DNA of 64,000 nucleotides from a virus: IMG/VR virus record IMGVR_UViG_3300011980_000002, positions 32,001 to 96,000 of that record; one strand, 5' to 3'. Shown piece by piece: positions 8,252 to 18,257 of this stretch (position 1 is its first letter; each line of letters starts with the position of its first letter). The notes under the pieces were generated by a model. It saw only the letters and a program-made list of their open reading frames with translations, ran no database searches and was not told where the DNA came from. The position numbers and the translations under genes were made by a program.

Positions 8252-9484
8252 ATGAAAAATTTACTTATTAAAAATTTAAGAGATAATTCTCCTAAGGGAG
8301 AAAATTTATTTGATATAAACTCTACAGTTATATCATATAAAACAGGTATCCCTATATTAGATTATTATTTAGGATACCTAGTTAAAGTTTATAATAAAAA
8401 TGATGAGTTAGTAGATAAATATCCAAGTATAGGAATTCCTGCGGGATGTTTTGTTACGGTTATAGGAAAGCCGTCTACTGCTAAGACTACTATGTTAACA
8501 CAGATAGCTGCTAATATAGTAAGAGAATTTAATAATGGTTCTGTTATACATTTCGACTTAGAGCAATCTCAGAACTATTCCCGTATACAAGTATTAACTA
8601 AATTTAAAATGTCAGATATGGAAAATGGTAAATATATCTTAAGACAAGAGCAAAACTCTATTTCAGATATTAAGAAAACTATAATGAGGATTTATAAAGA
8701 AAAAACTTCTAATCCGGATAGTTATAAATACAAAACCGGTAAAATGGATGAGTTTGGTAAAGAGATAGTCATTTATGAGCCTACCTGTATCATTATAGAC
8801 TCTATTGCTACATTATCCACTGAATATAATGAGAATGATAAAAAAGATATTGCTAGATTAGAAGAGGTTGGTTCTCAAACAGAAAGAATGAGATTAACCG
8901 GAGAAATTACAAGATTCTTTAACGAATTATTACCATATATAAGAGCTGCAAATATTATTGTATTTACTATTAACCAAATTAAGACTAATCCTGGTATGGG
9001 AATAATAAAATCTCCCGCAGAAATTCTTTATCTTAATCCAGATGAAGCTTTACCTGGTGGTAGAGCTCCACAGTTCTTAGCTCATATATTACTTAAGAAT
9101 GTTGCTGTCGGTAGTGAGAAGTATAATAAAGAAGATAATGGATTTGATGGATTTGGAATGTATACCATGGTAATTAAATCCAGAGTAAACCAAGCCGGAC
9201 AAAAGATACCTTTAGTATATGATAAAATAAGAGGAGTAGATTCATTAAGAACTACTTTAGCATATGCTAAAGAATTAGGGCTAATCACAGGTAATAAGAA
9301 CAAGATGTATTTTGTAGATGATAAAGATTATTATTTTTCTATGACAAATGTACATGATGATTTTAATAATCGGAGAGAATTATATAAGAAATTATATGAT
9401 ACAGTAATTCCTATATTATCGAATAGATTAAGTACATTAGATGATGACGAGATGGAAATTGTTAATGAAGAAATGATGTATTAA
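8252..9484 (+). CDS. uvsX: UvsX/RecA-like recombinase
   Basis: Collinear with T4 UvsX blocks: TGIPILDYYLG, Walker A VIGKPSTAKTT, FDLEQS, Walker B IIIDSIATL, FTINQIK, LPGGRAPQFLAH, VIKSRVNQ, GVDSLRTTLAYAKELGLI. Confidence 0.8.
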   Translation: MKNLLIKNLRDNSPKGENLFDINSTVISYKTGIPILDYYLGYLVKVYNKNDELVDKYPSIGIPAGCFVTVIGKPSTAKTTMLTQIAANIVREFNNGSVIHFDLEQSQNYSRIQVLTKFKMSDMENGKYILRQEQNSISDIKKTIMRIYKEKTSNPDSYKYKTGKMDEFGKEIVIYEPTCIIIDSIATLSTEYNENDKKDIARLEEVGSQTERMRLTGEITRFFNELLPYIRAANIIVFTINQIKTNPGMGIIKSPAEILYLNPDEALPGGRAPQFLAHILLKNVAVGSEKYNKEDNGFDGFGMYTMVIKSRVNQAGQKIPLVYDKIRGVDSLRTTLAYAKELGLITGNKNKMYFVDDKDYYFSMTNVHDDFNNRRELYKKLYDTVIPILSNRLSTLDDDEMEIVNEEMMY

Positions 9485-9565
9485 TTCCCTATTATTTATA
9501 TAATATTTAGATAGTAATTATTATTACTAATAAAAAATATTATAGTTTAATATGGGGGTAGTTGA

Positions 9566-10435
9566 ATGGAAAATTTCAACAAAGAAATATTATTTACAAC
9601 AACTGATGAATTTGATTCTGAAGACTGTAGTTTGAATTTATCCCCTGGACAGATTGTATATGCTGTTCCAGGGGAAAATTGTCTGTATGTGGATAAAGCT
9701 AGACCTGTTATTATAATTGGTCCTTATCCAAGAAACGGGTATTACACAGGATACCAAATAACCAGCAATCCAAAAGCTGGTGGCTTTCCTATTAATATCA
9801 AAGGTGCTATTAGTTTTATCAATATCAATATTACTATTTTAATTAAAGCAAGTATTAATAATTCTTATAGAATTACTGGAAGTGTAAATCCAAGACTACT
9901 AGAAATGATTAGATACCAGATTAATAGAGATATATCAGGTAATATAGATATTGATATGGAAAACTTCATAGATGATTATTATAGAATGATATTCCAGTCC
10001 GGTACTAAAACCAGAAGAGAAGTTATTAATAAACATCATGAAGAAGTATATGAAGAAGATACTATAGAAACAGATGACGTATCAGAACCGGTTAAACCTG
10101 TTATAGTGAAGGAACCTGTAAAGAAAACTTCTAATGAGATTAATAATGTATATGATAGAAGTTTCATACGTAAAGAATTCTTAGATGGAGATTCATCAAA
10201 GCCATTTAAGTCTATGAGCAAATTCACAGAAGATGAAATGATACAGATACTTACTGATATACATTCAGCAGGTTCACCTGCTAAATTTATTAAGAAATAC
10301 AACTTATCATCGCTTGCAACACTAAACAAGATGATACAAGTATTTGTACCAATCCTGAAGAATTCGAAGACTTACTCTGTTCCTAAATATATTTTAGGTC
10401 TTTATGAACTATACAAGGACAAAGTAGTTAGGTAA
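9566..10435 (+). CDS. Protein with an N-terminal MazF/PemK-like fold domain plus a ~150-aa C-terminal extension (possible HTH)
   Basis: PGQIVYAVPGENCLYVDKARPVIIIGPYPRNGYYTGYQITSNPKAGGFPINI matches the MazF/EndoA pattern GDI..v......RPvlVi.......v..iTs....P..v. The Arg and Thr positions equivalent to the catalytic residues are present. Confidence 0.5.
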   Translation: MENFNKEILFTTTDEFDSEDCSLNLSPGQIVYAVPGENCLYVDKARPVIIIGPYPRNGYYTGYQITSNPKAGGFPINIKGAISFININITILIKASINNSYRITGSVNPRLLEMIRYQINRDISGNIDIDMENFIDDYYRMIFQSGTKTRREVINKHHEEVYEEDTIETDDVSEPVKPVIVKEPVKKTSNEINNVYDRSFIRKEFLDGDSSKPFKSMSKFTEDEMIQILTDIHSAGSPAKFIKKYNLSSLATLNKMIQVFVPILKNSKTYSVPKYILGLYELYKDKVVR

Positions 10436-10446
10436 ATTTAAATTAT

Positions 10447-10486
10447 AAATGGTTATAGGGTAATTCCTATAACCATTTATTTTTTT
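10447..10486 (+). terminator. Rho-independent terminator
   Basis: aaatggttatagg / cctataaccattt followed by attttttt. Confidence 0.75.
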
Positions 10487-10584
10487 GGGTACTTTTCCTT
10501 AAATTTTTTATAGATTAATATATTATTAATTTGACATATAATAGTCTATAAAAAATTAAAAATGGGAAGGAAGTATAAAAAGTC

Positions 10585-12891
10585 ATGATGGATAATAAGA
10601 AAGGTAACTTAAAACAAAAATTACTTCAAGTTAATAAAGATATACTTGAAAATAGTACCGAAGATAATGATAAAAGATTATCCTTAATGGGAAGAGATGT
10701 ATTAACACACCCAGGATATAATAATAGTATGAGAACTACTATGTTTAATTCTCATACTACACAATTTTTAACTTTAACTAATCCGGATTTTCCTAAGACA
10801 TTCTTCGGTGCAGAAAATGTTGTTGGAGAAAATTCTGATTCTTACTATAAGACAGAGTCTAATGTAGAAGTTTATAAGAAGATAGTTAAATTTGAAAAGT
10901 TATTTGATGAGTTGGGAACTAATCCGGTTGTATACCAACTATTTACTTATGATAAAGATAATGATATGTATTCAGTTGTAAACAGATATCCTGTAGAAGA
11001 TTTATCGGAGATGTTTGGTTATGAATACGATTGTACTGAAATAGACAAGTATAATGAAGGTGATATAATTAATAAAGATACTGTATTATATAAAACCAAA
11101 TCATATGATGATTATAATAACTATGGATATGGCAAAAATGCTAATATCGCATATACTTTATCTCCTATAACTTATGAAGATGCTGCGGGTATAAGAGAGG
11201 GCTTTATTAAAGGATTTGGTAATGTTGAAGTATTCACTTACAGAGTCTCAATAAATAGTAATGATTTTCTCTTAAATATGTTTGGAAATAAAAACGAATA
11301 TAAGACCTTAGCAGATATAGGGAGTAAGGTAGATGGAGTAGTTTTAGCGTCAAGAAGAAAGTTTAATAAGCAGCTTTTATTTGACTTTAGAACTGATAAC
11401 CTTAGTAGGATATTAGAAGGTGATGAAGTCTACCATGGAAGTGGAGTTATTTTAGATTATACGATTTATTGTAATAATACTGAAATTGAGGATAATACCT
11501 TTAATAGAGATTTACTTAAGTATCTTAATTATCAAACTAAGTATTGGAAAAAGATATATAAGACTTGTGAAGAGATAATTAATTCCGGTTCTAAATATAG
11601 TAAGGATATAGATTATCTTTATAAACAAGCAAAAGATATGTTAGATACTGAAAGTAAATGGAAAGAAGGAGATACTTCATTTAATAATATCGTATTAGAT
11701 ATAGTCATAATGAATGAAGTATCAGTTGAACTTGGACAGAAGTTTACTCCTAGATATGGTAATAAAACCGTAGTTGGTAAAATATTACCGGACGATCAAA
11801 TGATGTATTACTATGATGAAGATGGTAATAAAGTATATGCTGATATGTATTTTAACTTATTAGCAATTATTAATAGAACTACAGCTTATCCATTAATAGA
11901 ATTATGTAATAACTGGATGGCTACTAAATGTGAAAGACATCTAAGAACCCTAGATACTTTGAAAGATAAAGAGAAAGTCTTATTTAGTTTCTTAAAAGAC
12001 TTTGATGAAGCTTATGGAAAAGAAAGTGAAGACATATATAAATCCTTATCTAAGAAAGATAAAGAAGCTTATATGGAAGATATTATCAATGGTAAAGGAA
12101 TATTATTAAGAGATTTACCATTCCAAGAAGACTTACCAATTTTCTATAGGTTACTCAATATCTATAAGAAGTATGATTGGCTAACAGATGATATTGTATA
12201 TATAAACAAATGGGGAAGAGAAATACCGGTATTAAATAGATATAGAATAGCTCAGATGTATGTGTTAAAGTTAAAGCAAACTTCTAAGAAAGGATTTTCT
12301 GCTCGTAATATGGGAGCAGTCAACTCTAAAGGTTTGCCTGAAAGAAGTTATAAGTCTAAAGCTCATTTAGACAAGTATTCTTCTACTGCAATAAGATTTG
12401 GAGAATATGAAACTATAGTATTTTCTATAGGACAAGAATCAGATGAGATAGCTTTATTTAATGCTTTATACAGAACTTCTGTCAAAGGAAGAAAAGACTT
12501 AGCTAAGATGTTATTAAATCCTGAAAAGATGGAAGAGTTAATGGATGATACATATATCTCAAGAACTTCAGAAATCCTTAATGTAATATTAAAATCCTTA
12601 GGATATGGAATAGAGTTTTACGATGAAGATAATGAGTTATCTTATCATAGTATAAATAATATTAATGAGTATAAATTAAATGGTAAAGCTTTATTAGTAT
12701 CAGATTTCGATGGATTTATGCTAGAAAGAATAGATGAGATATCTGAAGGAGTTCTAAATGAACATAATGAAGTTATGGATAAGAATGAGCTAATCGATAC
12801 AGTAAGAGATATATTAATAACCCAAGATTATTTAATCGGTACTAAAGACCCTGATGAAATTGAGAGGTTATTAAATTTATATTATAATTAA
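10585..12891 (+). CDS. Multisubunit RNA polymerase beta subunit, C-terminal half (split beta)
   Basis: NSMRTTMFNSHTTQ (cf. beta NRALMGSNMQRQ), PRYGNKTVVGKILPDDQMMYYYDEDGNKVYADMYFNLLAIINRTT (cf. RHGNKGVISKI.P.EDMPY..G.P.DI.LNPLGVPSRMN), AIRFGEYETIVFSIG (cf. GGQRFGEMEVWAL). Confidence 0.8.
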   Translation: MMDNKKGNLKQKLLQVNKDILENSTEDNDKRLSLMGRDVLTHPGYNNSMRTTMFNSHTTQFLTLTNPDFPKTFFGAENVVGENSDSYYKTESNVEVYKKIVKFEKLFDELGTNPVVYQLFTYDKDNDMYSVVNRYPVEDLSEMFGYEYDCTEIDKYNEGDIINKDTVLYKTKSYDDYNNYGYGKNANIAYTLSPITYEDAAGIREGFIKGFGNVEVFTYRVSINSNDFLLNMFGNKNEYKTLADIGSKVDGVVLASRRKFNKQLLFDFRTDNLSRILEGDEVYHGSGVILDYTIYCNNTEIEDNTFNRDLLKYLNYQTKYWKKIYKTCEEIINSGSKYSKDIDYLYKQAKDMLDTESKWKEGDTSFNNIVLDIVIMNEVSVELGQKFTPRYGNKTVVGKILPDDQMMYYYDEDGNKVYADMYFNLLAIINRTTAYPLIELCNNWMATKCERHLRTLDTLKDKEKVLFSFLKDFDEAYGKESEDIYKSLSKKDKEAYMEDIINGKGILLRDLPFQEDLPIFYRLLNIYKKYDWLTDDIVYINKWGREIPVLNRYRIAQMYVLKLKQTSKKGFSARNMGAVNSKGLPERSYKSKAHLDKYSSTAIRFGEYETIVFSIGQESDEIALFNALYRTSVKGRKDLAKMLLNPEKMEELMDDTYISRTSEILNVILKSLGYGIEFYDEDNELSYHSINNINEYKLNGKALLVSDFDGFMLERIDEISEGVLNEHNEVMDKNELIDTVRDILITQDYLIGTKDPDEIERLLNLYYN

Positions 12892-13668
12892 TTTTCACAT
12901 TATACAGTTAATTAAAATAGGTGATGTATAATTAGTTTATCTTAATTATTAGGTGATTAATATATCACATACAAGAAACAGAAGAATATAGAAGTTATTA
13001 GTTTTATCTTATATTAAGAATATGAGTAATTATATTCAGTACTGAATAAATTTATTTAGTATTAAATTAACTTTTATTGAGGTTTTAGAATAAATAAGGT
13101 TGAGTGTATTAATTCAAAAAGTCGAGATAATATTTAATTTAAATTAATAAAATAATTTTTAGTCACTTGTAAACTTTACTAAATTCTTAATATAAAGATA
13201 AACAACTTCTACTCTTCTGGGTTAATAATATAAGATATATTTTTTTAATTATCTACCTATTTTACCCTTATTTTTTTTTTAATCAGTAGTTTGTACAAAT
13301 AATTTTAGATGTATTTATATTTCTAAGCTTTAAAGTAAATTTTTCTATTATAGAATATTCACAGATTTAGCAGATATGATATAGAAGTTATTTATGTTTA
13401 TATTTCCCTTGCCTTATAACTTTCCATAAATAACTTCGTTAGTATTATTAAAAAACTTTTTTATTAAAAAATAACTACTGATTACCGATTTAAAAACAAA
13501 TTTAGTCTTAACCAGAATTAAAGATTAATATAAACAGATAAATCTTCCAAAGTCATACATAATTAATTTAAATTTTTAAAGATATCTTGTTTATATTAAA
13601 TCCATATTTGGTTAAGACTAAATTTTGTTCCGACTTGTATCAAATAATATTCTATAAATATATATATA
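12892..13668. other. 777-bp ORF-free, inverted-repeat-rich intergenic region upstream of the terminase gene
   Basis: No ORF of 60 aa or more on either strand. Contains a 16-bp palindrome at 13033-13048, nested inverted repeats (13281-13291/13473-13483 and 13384-13396/13425-13437) and a long hairpin at 13498-13625. Confidence 0.8.
13498..13625. repeat. Long imperfect inverted repeat (~128-nt hairpin/cruciform)
   Basis: aaatttagtcttaacca (13498-13514) is perfectly complementary to tggttaagactaaattt (13609-13625). Inner arms ttaatataaaca (13526-13537) / tgtttatattaa (13588-13599). Confidence 0.8.
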
Positions 13669-14535
13669 ATGAATATTTTTATAGAGAAAGGGTATTTTTT
13701 AATGACAAATAGAATAAAAAAGTATAAGAATAAGTATTATGATTTTGGCACATCAAATACATCTTTTGTTAGATTAGCAAAAGACTTAAAGTTAATTGGT
13801 GTCCAAAATTGGTATTTTATGTTAGAGATAGTAGATTATTCATTAATCAATGTAAATCCTCATGCTTGTGATGAGAATGGTAAATCTACTCTAACAAAAG
13901 AACAAATCTCAAGAGTAATAACTGAATGTATTGTTAATCCATGGTACTATCTAAGAGAAGTTGTTATTATTAAAGAAGCTGGTGCTGCTACCGGAGTTAG
14001 ATATAAAGCTAATAGAGGTAACATCGCACAAGCTTGGTGTATATTACATAATTTAGACTCTTGGTTAAATTTACCAAGACAGCAAGGTAAAACTATATCT
14101 GCTTTAGCAATAGAATCTCATATTTATAATTTTGGTACGGCTAACTCTTCATTTATCTTTATTAATAAAGATAGTGAATTAGCAAAAGCTAATTTAAGAA
14201 GAATTGGTGATATAATAGATGCATTACCGGAATATATGAGATTTAAATCATTCGTAGAAGAAGATGGTAAAGTTGTTAAAGCTAGAAATAATGCTACTAT
14301 GTATAGACATCCTGTAAATAATAATAGTATTATAGTTAAACCTAAAGCTACATCATATGATAGTGCATTAAGTATCGCAAGAGGATTATCTGCATCTATA
14401 TTACATTTTGATGAGCCAGAGTTTACACCGTATATAGATGTAATCGTAGAAAACTCTGTATCAACATTTGAAACGGCACATAGAAAGTCATTGGAAAATC
14501 ATGCAATAAGTGCCAGAATATTTACCTGTACGCCT
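13669..14535 (+). CDS. terL: Terminase large subunit, exon 1 (ATPase domain)
   Basis: Walker A LPRQQGKT, Walker B ILHFDEPEF, coupling motif CTP at the exon end. The start may be the ATG at 13702 (MTNRIKK), which has SD agagaaaggg. The ORF-track tail after 14535 is intron read-through. Confidence 0.8.
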
Positions 14536-15607
14536 AAACTTATCCAATTATCTCTGGGCGTAAATAGTAGTAATACTATTAAGCAAAACCACTTTAATTG
14601 TCTGGGAAACCCTTTAAGTGCTTAAAGGACAATCAGCAGCTAAGCTTTATATTAAATATACTTATATAGATGAGGTTATATATATATATATGGAAAAAAT
14701 TATAACATATCCAAAAATTAAAAATAACAAGTACACAATATCGGATATTGGAGTTGTGAAAATTATTAGTAATAATAAGATCATGAAACCATATTTAGAT
14801 AAGGATGGTTATTATAAGATAACACTTGTCAGTGATCAAAAATCGACAGTAAGACGAGGCAATTCTCCGATACATGTGTTTATTCATAGATTAGTTGCTT
14901 GGGAATTTATAGGATGTCCGATATATAAAAATTTATGTGTAAACCACATTAATGGTATTAAATCGGATAATAGTAGTTTAAATTTAGAATGGGTTACCAT
15001 TTTAGAGAATACTAATCATGCCAAAAAAATGGGTTTATTGAATAATTCTGGGATTTTTTCTAAAAATTGTAAATATGATAGTAACCTAATACATAAAATT
15101 TGCAAATATTTAGAAAATGGCTACAGTGTTGTTGATATATTTGAAAAAATATCTACTATTGAAAATTATCATATGAACATGGGTTTATATTCTTTAATAA
15201 ATAAACTATCGAATAGAATGATTTATAAGGATATCGTAAGTCAATATAAATACGATTCGAAAATTAAAAAATATAAACGAAACTCACTCGATAGTGAGAT
15301 AATTAAATTTATAGAAATGGGATATGATAATTATGAAATACTAGACAATATAACGGACGATTGTATAAAACCTCTCGAATATAAAAAAATGTATATGAAA
15401 ATCATTTATTTACGAAGTATATTTAATTAATGAAAGTTCAACGACTAGGGAAAGACATATTATATTATTATAATATGAATCGAGTAGGCTCAATAATAGG
15501 GCGAAACGTAGATGAAACAAATCGAAACGGGTGGCTCCTTATATTATTAAATATAAGGATGATGATATAGTCTAGTCTATATAGTAATATATGGCAGATT
15601 AAGATTG
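14536..15607 (+). mobile_element. Group I intron (1072 nt) carrying an HNH homing endonuclease ORF
   Basis: The internal guide sequence atctct|gggcgt (14550-14561) pairs with the exon-2 start GGAGAT (P10) and the exon-1 end ACGCCT (P1, with U-G at the splice site). The intron ends in G (15607). Splicing gives the in-frame product ..RIFTCTP|GDLDTKPG... Confidence 0.8.
14690..15430 (+). CDS. Intron-encoded HNH homing endonuclease
   Basis: HRLVAWEFIG...VNHINGIKSDNSSLNLEWVTILENTNHA is the HNH_3-type motif. ATG at 14690 (MEKIITYP). Confidence 0.8.
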   Translation: MEKIITYPKIKNNKYTISDIGVVKIISNNKIMKPYLDKDGYYKITLVSDQKSTVRRGNSPIHVFIHRLVAWEFIGCPIYKNLCVNHINGIKSDNSSLNLEWVTILENTNHAKKMGLLNNSGIFSKNCKYDSNLIHKICKYLENGYSVVDIFEKISTIENYHMNMGLYSLINKLSNRMIYKDIVSQYKYDSKIKKYKRNSLDSEIIKFIEMGYDNYEILDNITDDCIKPLEYKKMYMKIIYLRSIFN

Positions 15608-16891
15608 GGAGATCTTGATACTAAACCCGGTGTTGCAGCACAATCAATTCTCGATAAAACTGTAAGATGGCATGACTCATTTTATGATAAAACATATACA
15701 GAAATTAAAGAATTATTAGATGCAAACAGGTCTAATGGTATTCTTTATATAGAGTATCATTATAATCAAATTGGATTAACGAACGAATGGTTAAAGAATA
15801 TATCTGATAAAATTGGTAATATGCTTACTGTAAGAAGAGAGATTCTCTTACAGAGAATGCATGGTTCAGATTTATCACCATATTCAAGAGAGTCTATAGA
15901 ATTCATTATGAGTTCTAAATGTGAACCTGTCGACCAGTTATTTATTAATGAGTATTTCATGTTTGATATTTATGAGCCATTAAAAAGGACTATTCCTTAT
16001 ATAGTAGGTATCGACTGCTCTACTGGTACAAGTTCGGATAATAATGCAATTACAATATTAAACCCTTATACAGTAAGACCTGTGGCAGAGTTTAAATCTC
16101 CATATATCGGAGAAACGGATTATGAAAACCTAATAGAAACATTGGTGTTAGAATATATTCCAAGAGCTATAGTATGTGTAGAGAGAAACCATGTTGGGGA
16201 TAGTATAATTGACCACTTATTAAATAAGTCAAGGATTGCTAATAACTTATATTTTGATAAGGATAGAGATTTAGTAGAAGCTAAGATGAGAGAAGCAGAA
16301 ACTGTAGAGTCAATGCTTAAAGCTAAGTCTAAAATAAAAACTACATATGGTGTATATACAACCGGTAAGTCAAGAGAAACGATGTTTGCAATACTATCAA
16401 GAAGAATTGAAGAGAATAATGAAGATTTCGTTACTGCTCATATTATTGATGATATTGCTGGTTTAATAAGAACTCCATCTGGTAAAATAGAAGCAAGACC
16501 TGGTGGACATGATGATAATATTATGTCTTACTTAATTGCGATGTATATTTATACTCATGGAAATAACTTAGCATACTTTGGTTTTTATAAGACAGATTTA
16601 TATGAAGATGTAGAAGAGAATCAAGGTATTATTACTTCTGATAGAGCTAGGGGTGTTCTTCCTAATGAAGTCGTATCGTCTATAGAAATTGAAGAAGAAA
16701 AAGATAGGATTCTTAATTATGAAGATATATTAAGAACTGCTATAAGTAATTCTCAACAAGGTTCTATGAGATTACATAGAAGTAGTGTTGGTAGTGATAA
16801 TCATTTTGATAATACACCAAATGGAATTGTTGAAGAAGAGTACTTTGAAGAATTGAATATGGATATATTTGATACACTTAATGGATTCTAA
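15608..16891 (+). CDS. terL: Terminase large subunit, exon 2 (nuclease domain)
   Basis: IVGIDCSTGTSSDNNAITILN and GGHDDNIMSYLIAMYI are RNase H-like acidic motifs typical of T4 gp17-type TerL. The frame is continuous with exon 1 after intron removal. Confidence 0.8.
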   Translation, partial: GDLDTKPGVAAQSILDKTVRWHDSFYDKTYTEIKELLDANRSNGILYIEYHYNQIGLTNEWLKNISDKIGNMLTVRREILLQRMHGSDLSPYSRESIEFIMSSKCEPVDQLFINEYFMFDIYEPLKRTIPYIVGIDCSTGTSSDNNAITILNPYTVRPVAEFKSPYIGETDYENLIETLVLEYIPRAIVCVERNHVGDSIIDHLLNKSRIANNLYFDKDRDLVEAKMREAETVESMLKAKSKIKTTYGVYTTGKSRETMFAILSRRIEENNEDFVTAHIIDDIAGLIRTPSGKIEARPGGHDDNIMSYLIAMYIYTHGNNLAYFGFYKTDLYEDVEENQGIITSDRARGVLPNEVVSSIEIEEEKDRILNYEDILRTAISNSQQGSMRLHRSSVGSDNHFDNTPNGIVEEEYFEELNMDIFDTLNGF

Positions 16892-16907
16892 ATAATACGA
16901 TAATTAA

Positions 16908-16949
16908 TTAGAGAATAGATATTTATCTTAAATAATATCTATTCTCTAA
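16908..16949. terminator. Bidirectional terminator hairpin between convergent genes
   Basis: ttagagaatagatat / atatctattctctaa, a perfect 15-bp stem. Confidence 0.7.
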
Positions 16950-16959
16950 TTTATCTTTG

Positions 16960-17622
16960 TTAAGTATCATTATTATCTTCATCAAGACTTTTAACAACAT
17001 CAAGCTTTCTAAGGTTGGACATCATCAATTGAACAAATGAATCACCACCTTCTTGAAGATATATATCATAGACCTTTTCTAAAGTTTCTAATGTATACAT
17101 ATCAATCTTCTTATACCTATAAAAGTATTTATTATAGTTATCTGTTATATAAGCCTTTTTATCTTCCATATCAGATTTTAATAAAAACTCTATTTTTTCT
17201 GAGAAGTTACCTAATTGTAAGTTAACCGTTTGACTAACACTCCCTATATCTGTTTCTATTTTACTAATAGAACTATTTATATTAGACTGGGTATGTCTTA
17301 TATTCTCTAACTCTTTGGTTAAATCATCCATTAATTTTCTTATATCATTAACTTCAGTAGAACCATGCTCTGTGTTTTTATCAGTATTATCATTTTGTGG
17401 AGAAATGTTATTTGAGTTTGTATCAGTTTCGTTATCTTTTTCCAAAGTCTCACCTTTATAATATCTCCTAAGAAAAGTTCCTATCTGCTCTCTATTCTTA
17501 TATATAAATTGATATAATATAAATAATACAAATAAGATATTCAAAGGATGAATATTTTTAATGTCAAGAAAGTCTTTAGCTTCTGGCATCTGATTTTTCC
17601 TTATCGTTATTATCCACTTCAT
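16960..17622 (-). CDS. Membrane-anchored coiled-coil protein, unknown function
   Basis: N-terminal hydrophobic helix IHPLNILFVLFILYQFIY followed by a helical region. The start is possibly the ATG at 17589 (MPEAKD). Confidence 0.6.
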   Translation of the reverse strand: MKWIITIRKNQMPEAKDFLDIKNIHPLNILFVLFILYQFIYKNREQIGTFLRRYYKGETLEKDNETDTNSNNISPQNDNTDKNTEHGSTEVNDIRKLMDDLTKELENIRHTQSNINSSISKIETDIGSVSQTVNLQLGNFSEKIEFLLKSDMEDKKAYITDNYNKYFYRYKKIDMYTLETLEKVYDIYLQEGGDSFVQLMMSNLRKLDVVKSLDEDNNDT

Positions 17623-18115
17623 GATATGGATTTGTTATAGAAAGTTTAATAGCATTAGTCCTACTATCTAAATCTTTTTTGTATAAATCCTTCATTCTTT
17701 TATTATAAATATCCATATACTTAAAACAACCATTATCTTCAGATGTTAAGTCTTCTTTTGTAAAATCATAAAGATTATCATCTTCTATATTATTGTCTTT
17801 AGTAGTTTTATCACATTTAGATTTCATAATATCATTAATCATGTCAGCAGACTTTTTAATTTCTTTCTCTTCACAGAATGGATAAATTGATTCATATTTT
17901 GTGGATAATCTTTTGTTATAATAATCAAGTTCATTTTTAACAGATTCTTCGGTTATTAATTCCATATCAGCTATAACACTAATAACTTCATCATCATTAT
18001 CTGAATATAAACTTTCAATATTATCTTCCGGATTATCATCAGTACGAGATATATCATTAATATCATCAATATCATCTTTTATAGATATTGAATCTAATTC
18101 GTTATCAAATGACAC
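17576..18115 (-). CDS. Acidic hypothetical protein
   Basis: GTG start at 18115 with SD gaggat. D/E-rich. Confidence 0.55.
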   Translation of the reverse strand: MSFDNELDSISIKDDIDDINDISRTDDNPEDNIESLYSDNDDEVISVIADMELITEESVKNELDYYNKRLSTKYESIYPFCEEKEIKKSADMINDIMKSKCDKTTKDNNIEDDNLYDFTKEDLTSEDNGCFKYMDIYNKRMKDLYKKDLDSRTNAIKLSITNPYHEVDNNDKEKSDARS

Positions 18116-18257
18116 TTTATTTATCCTCGCTTTCTTCAGATTTATTATTCTTAGTAAACTGTTAAATCATGGGTTTTACAAGGTGTTAATTAAAATTTAT
18201 ATAATATTTATCTATATACATAAATTAAATTAATGGAAAGGATAAAGAAATAAATAT

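Noticed and set aside
14536-14689. C-terminal tail of track ORF 13669-14625 (KLIQLSLGVNSSNTIKQNHFNCLGNPLSA) and the N-terminal extension of track ORF 14618-15430.
   Set aside because: Both lie in the 5' structured part of the group I intron (P1/P10 guide sequence). This is read-through of intron sequence, not protein-coding.
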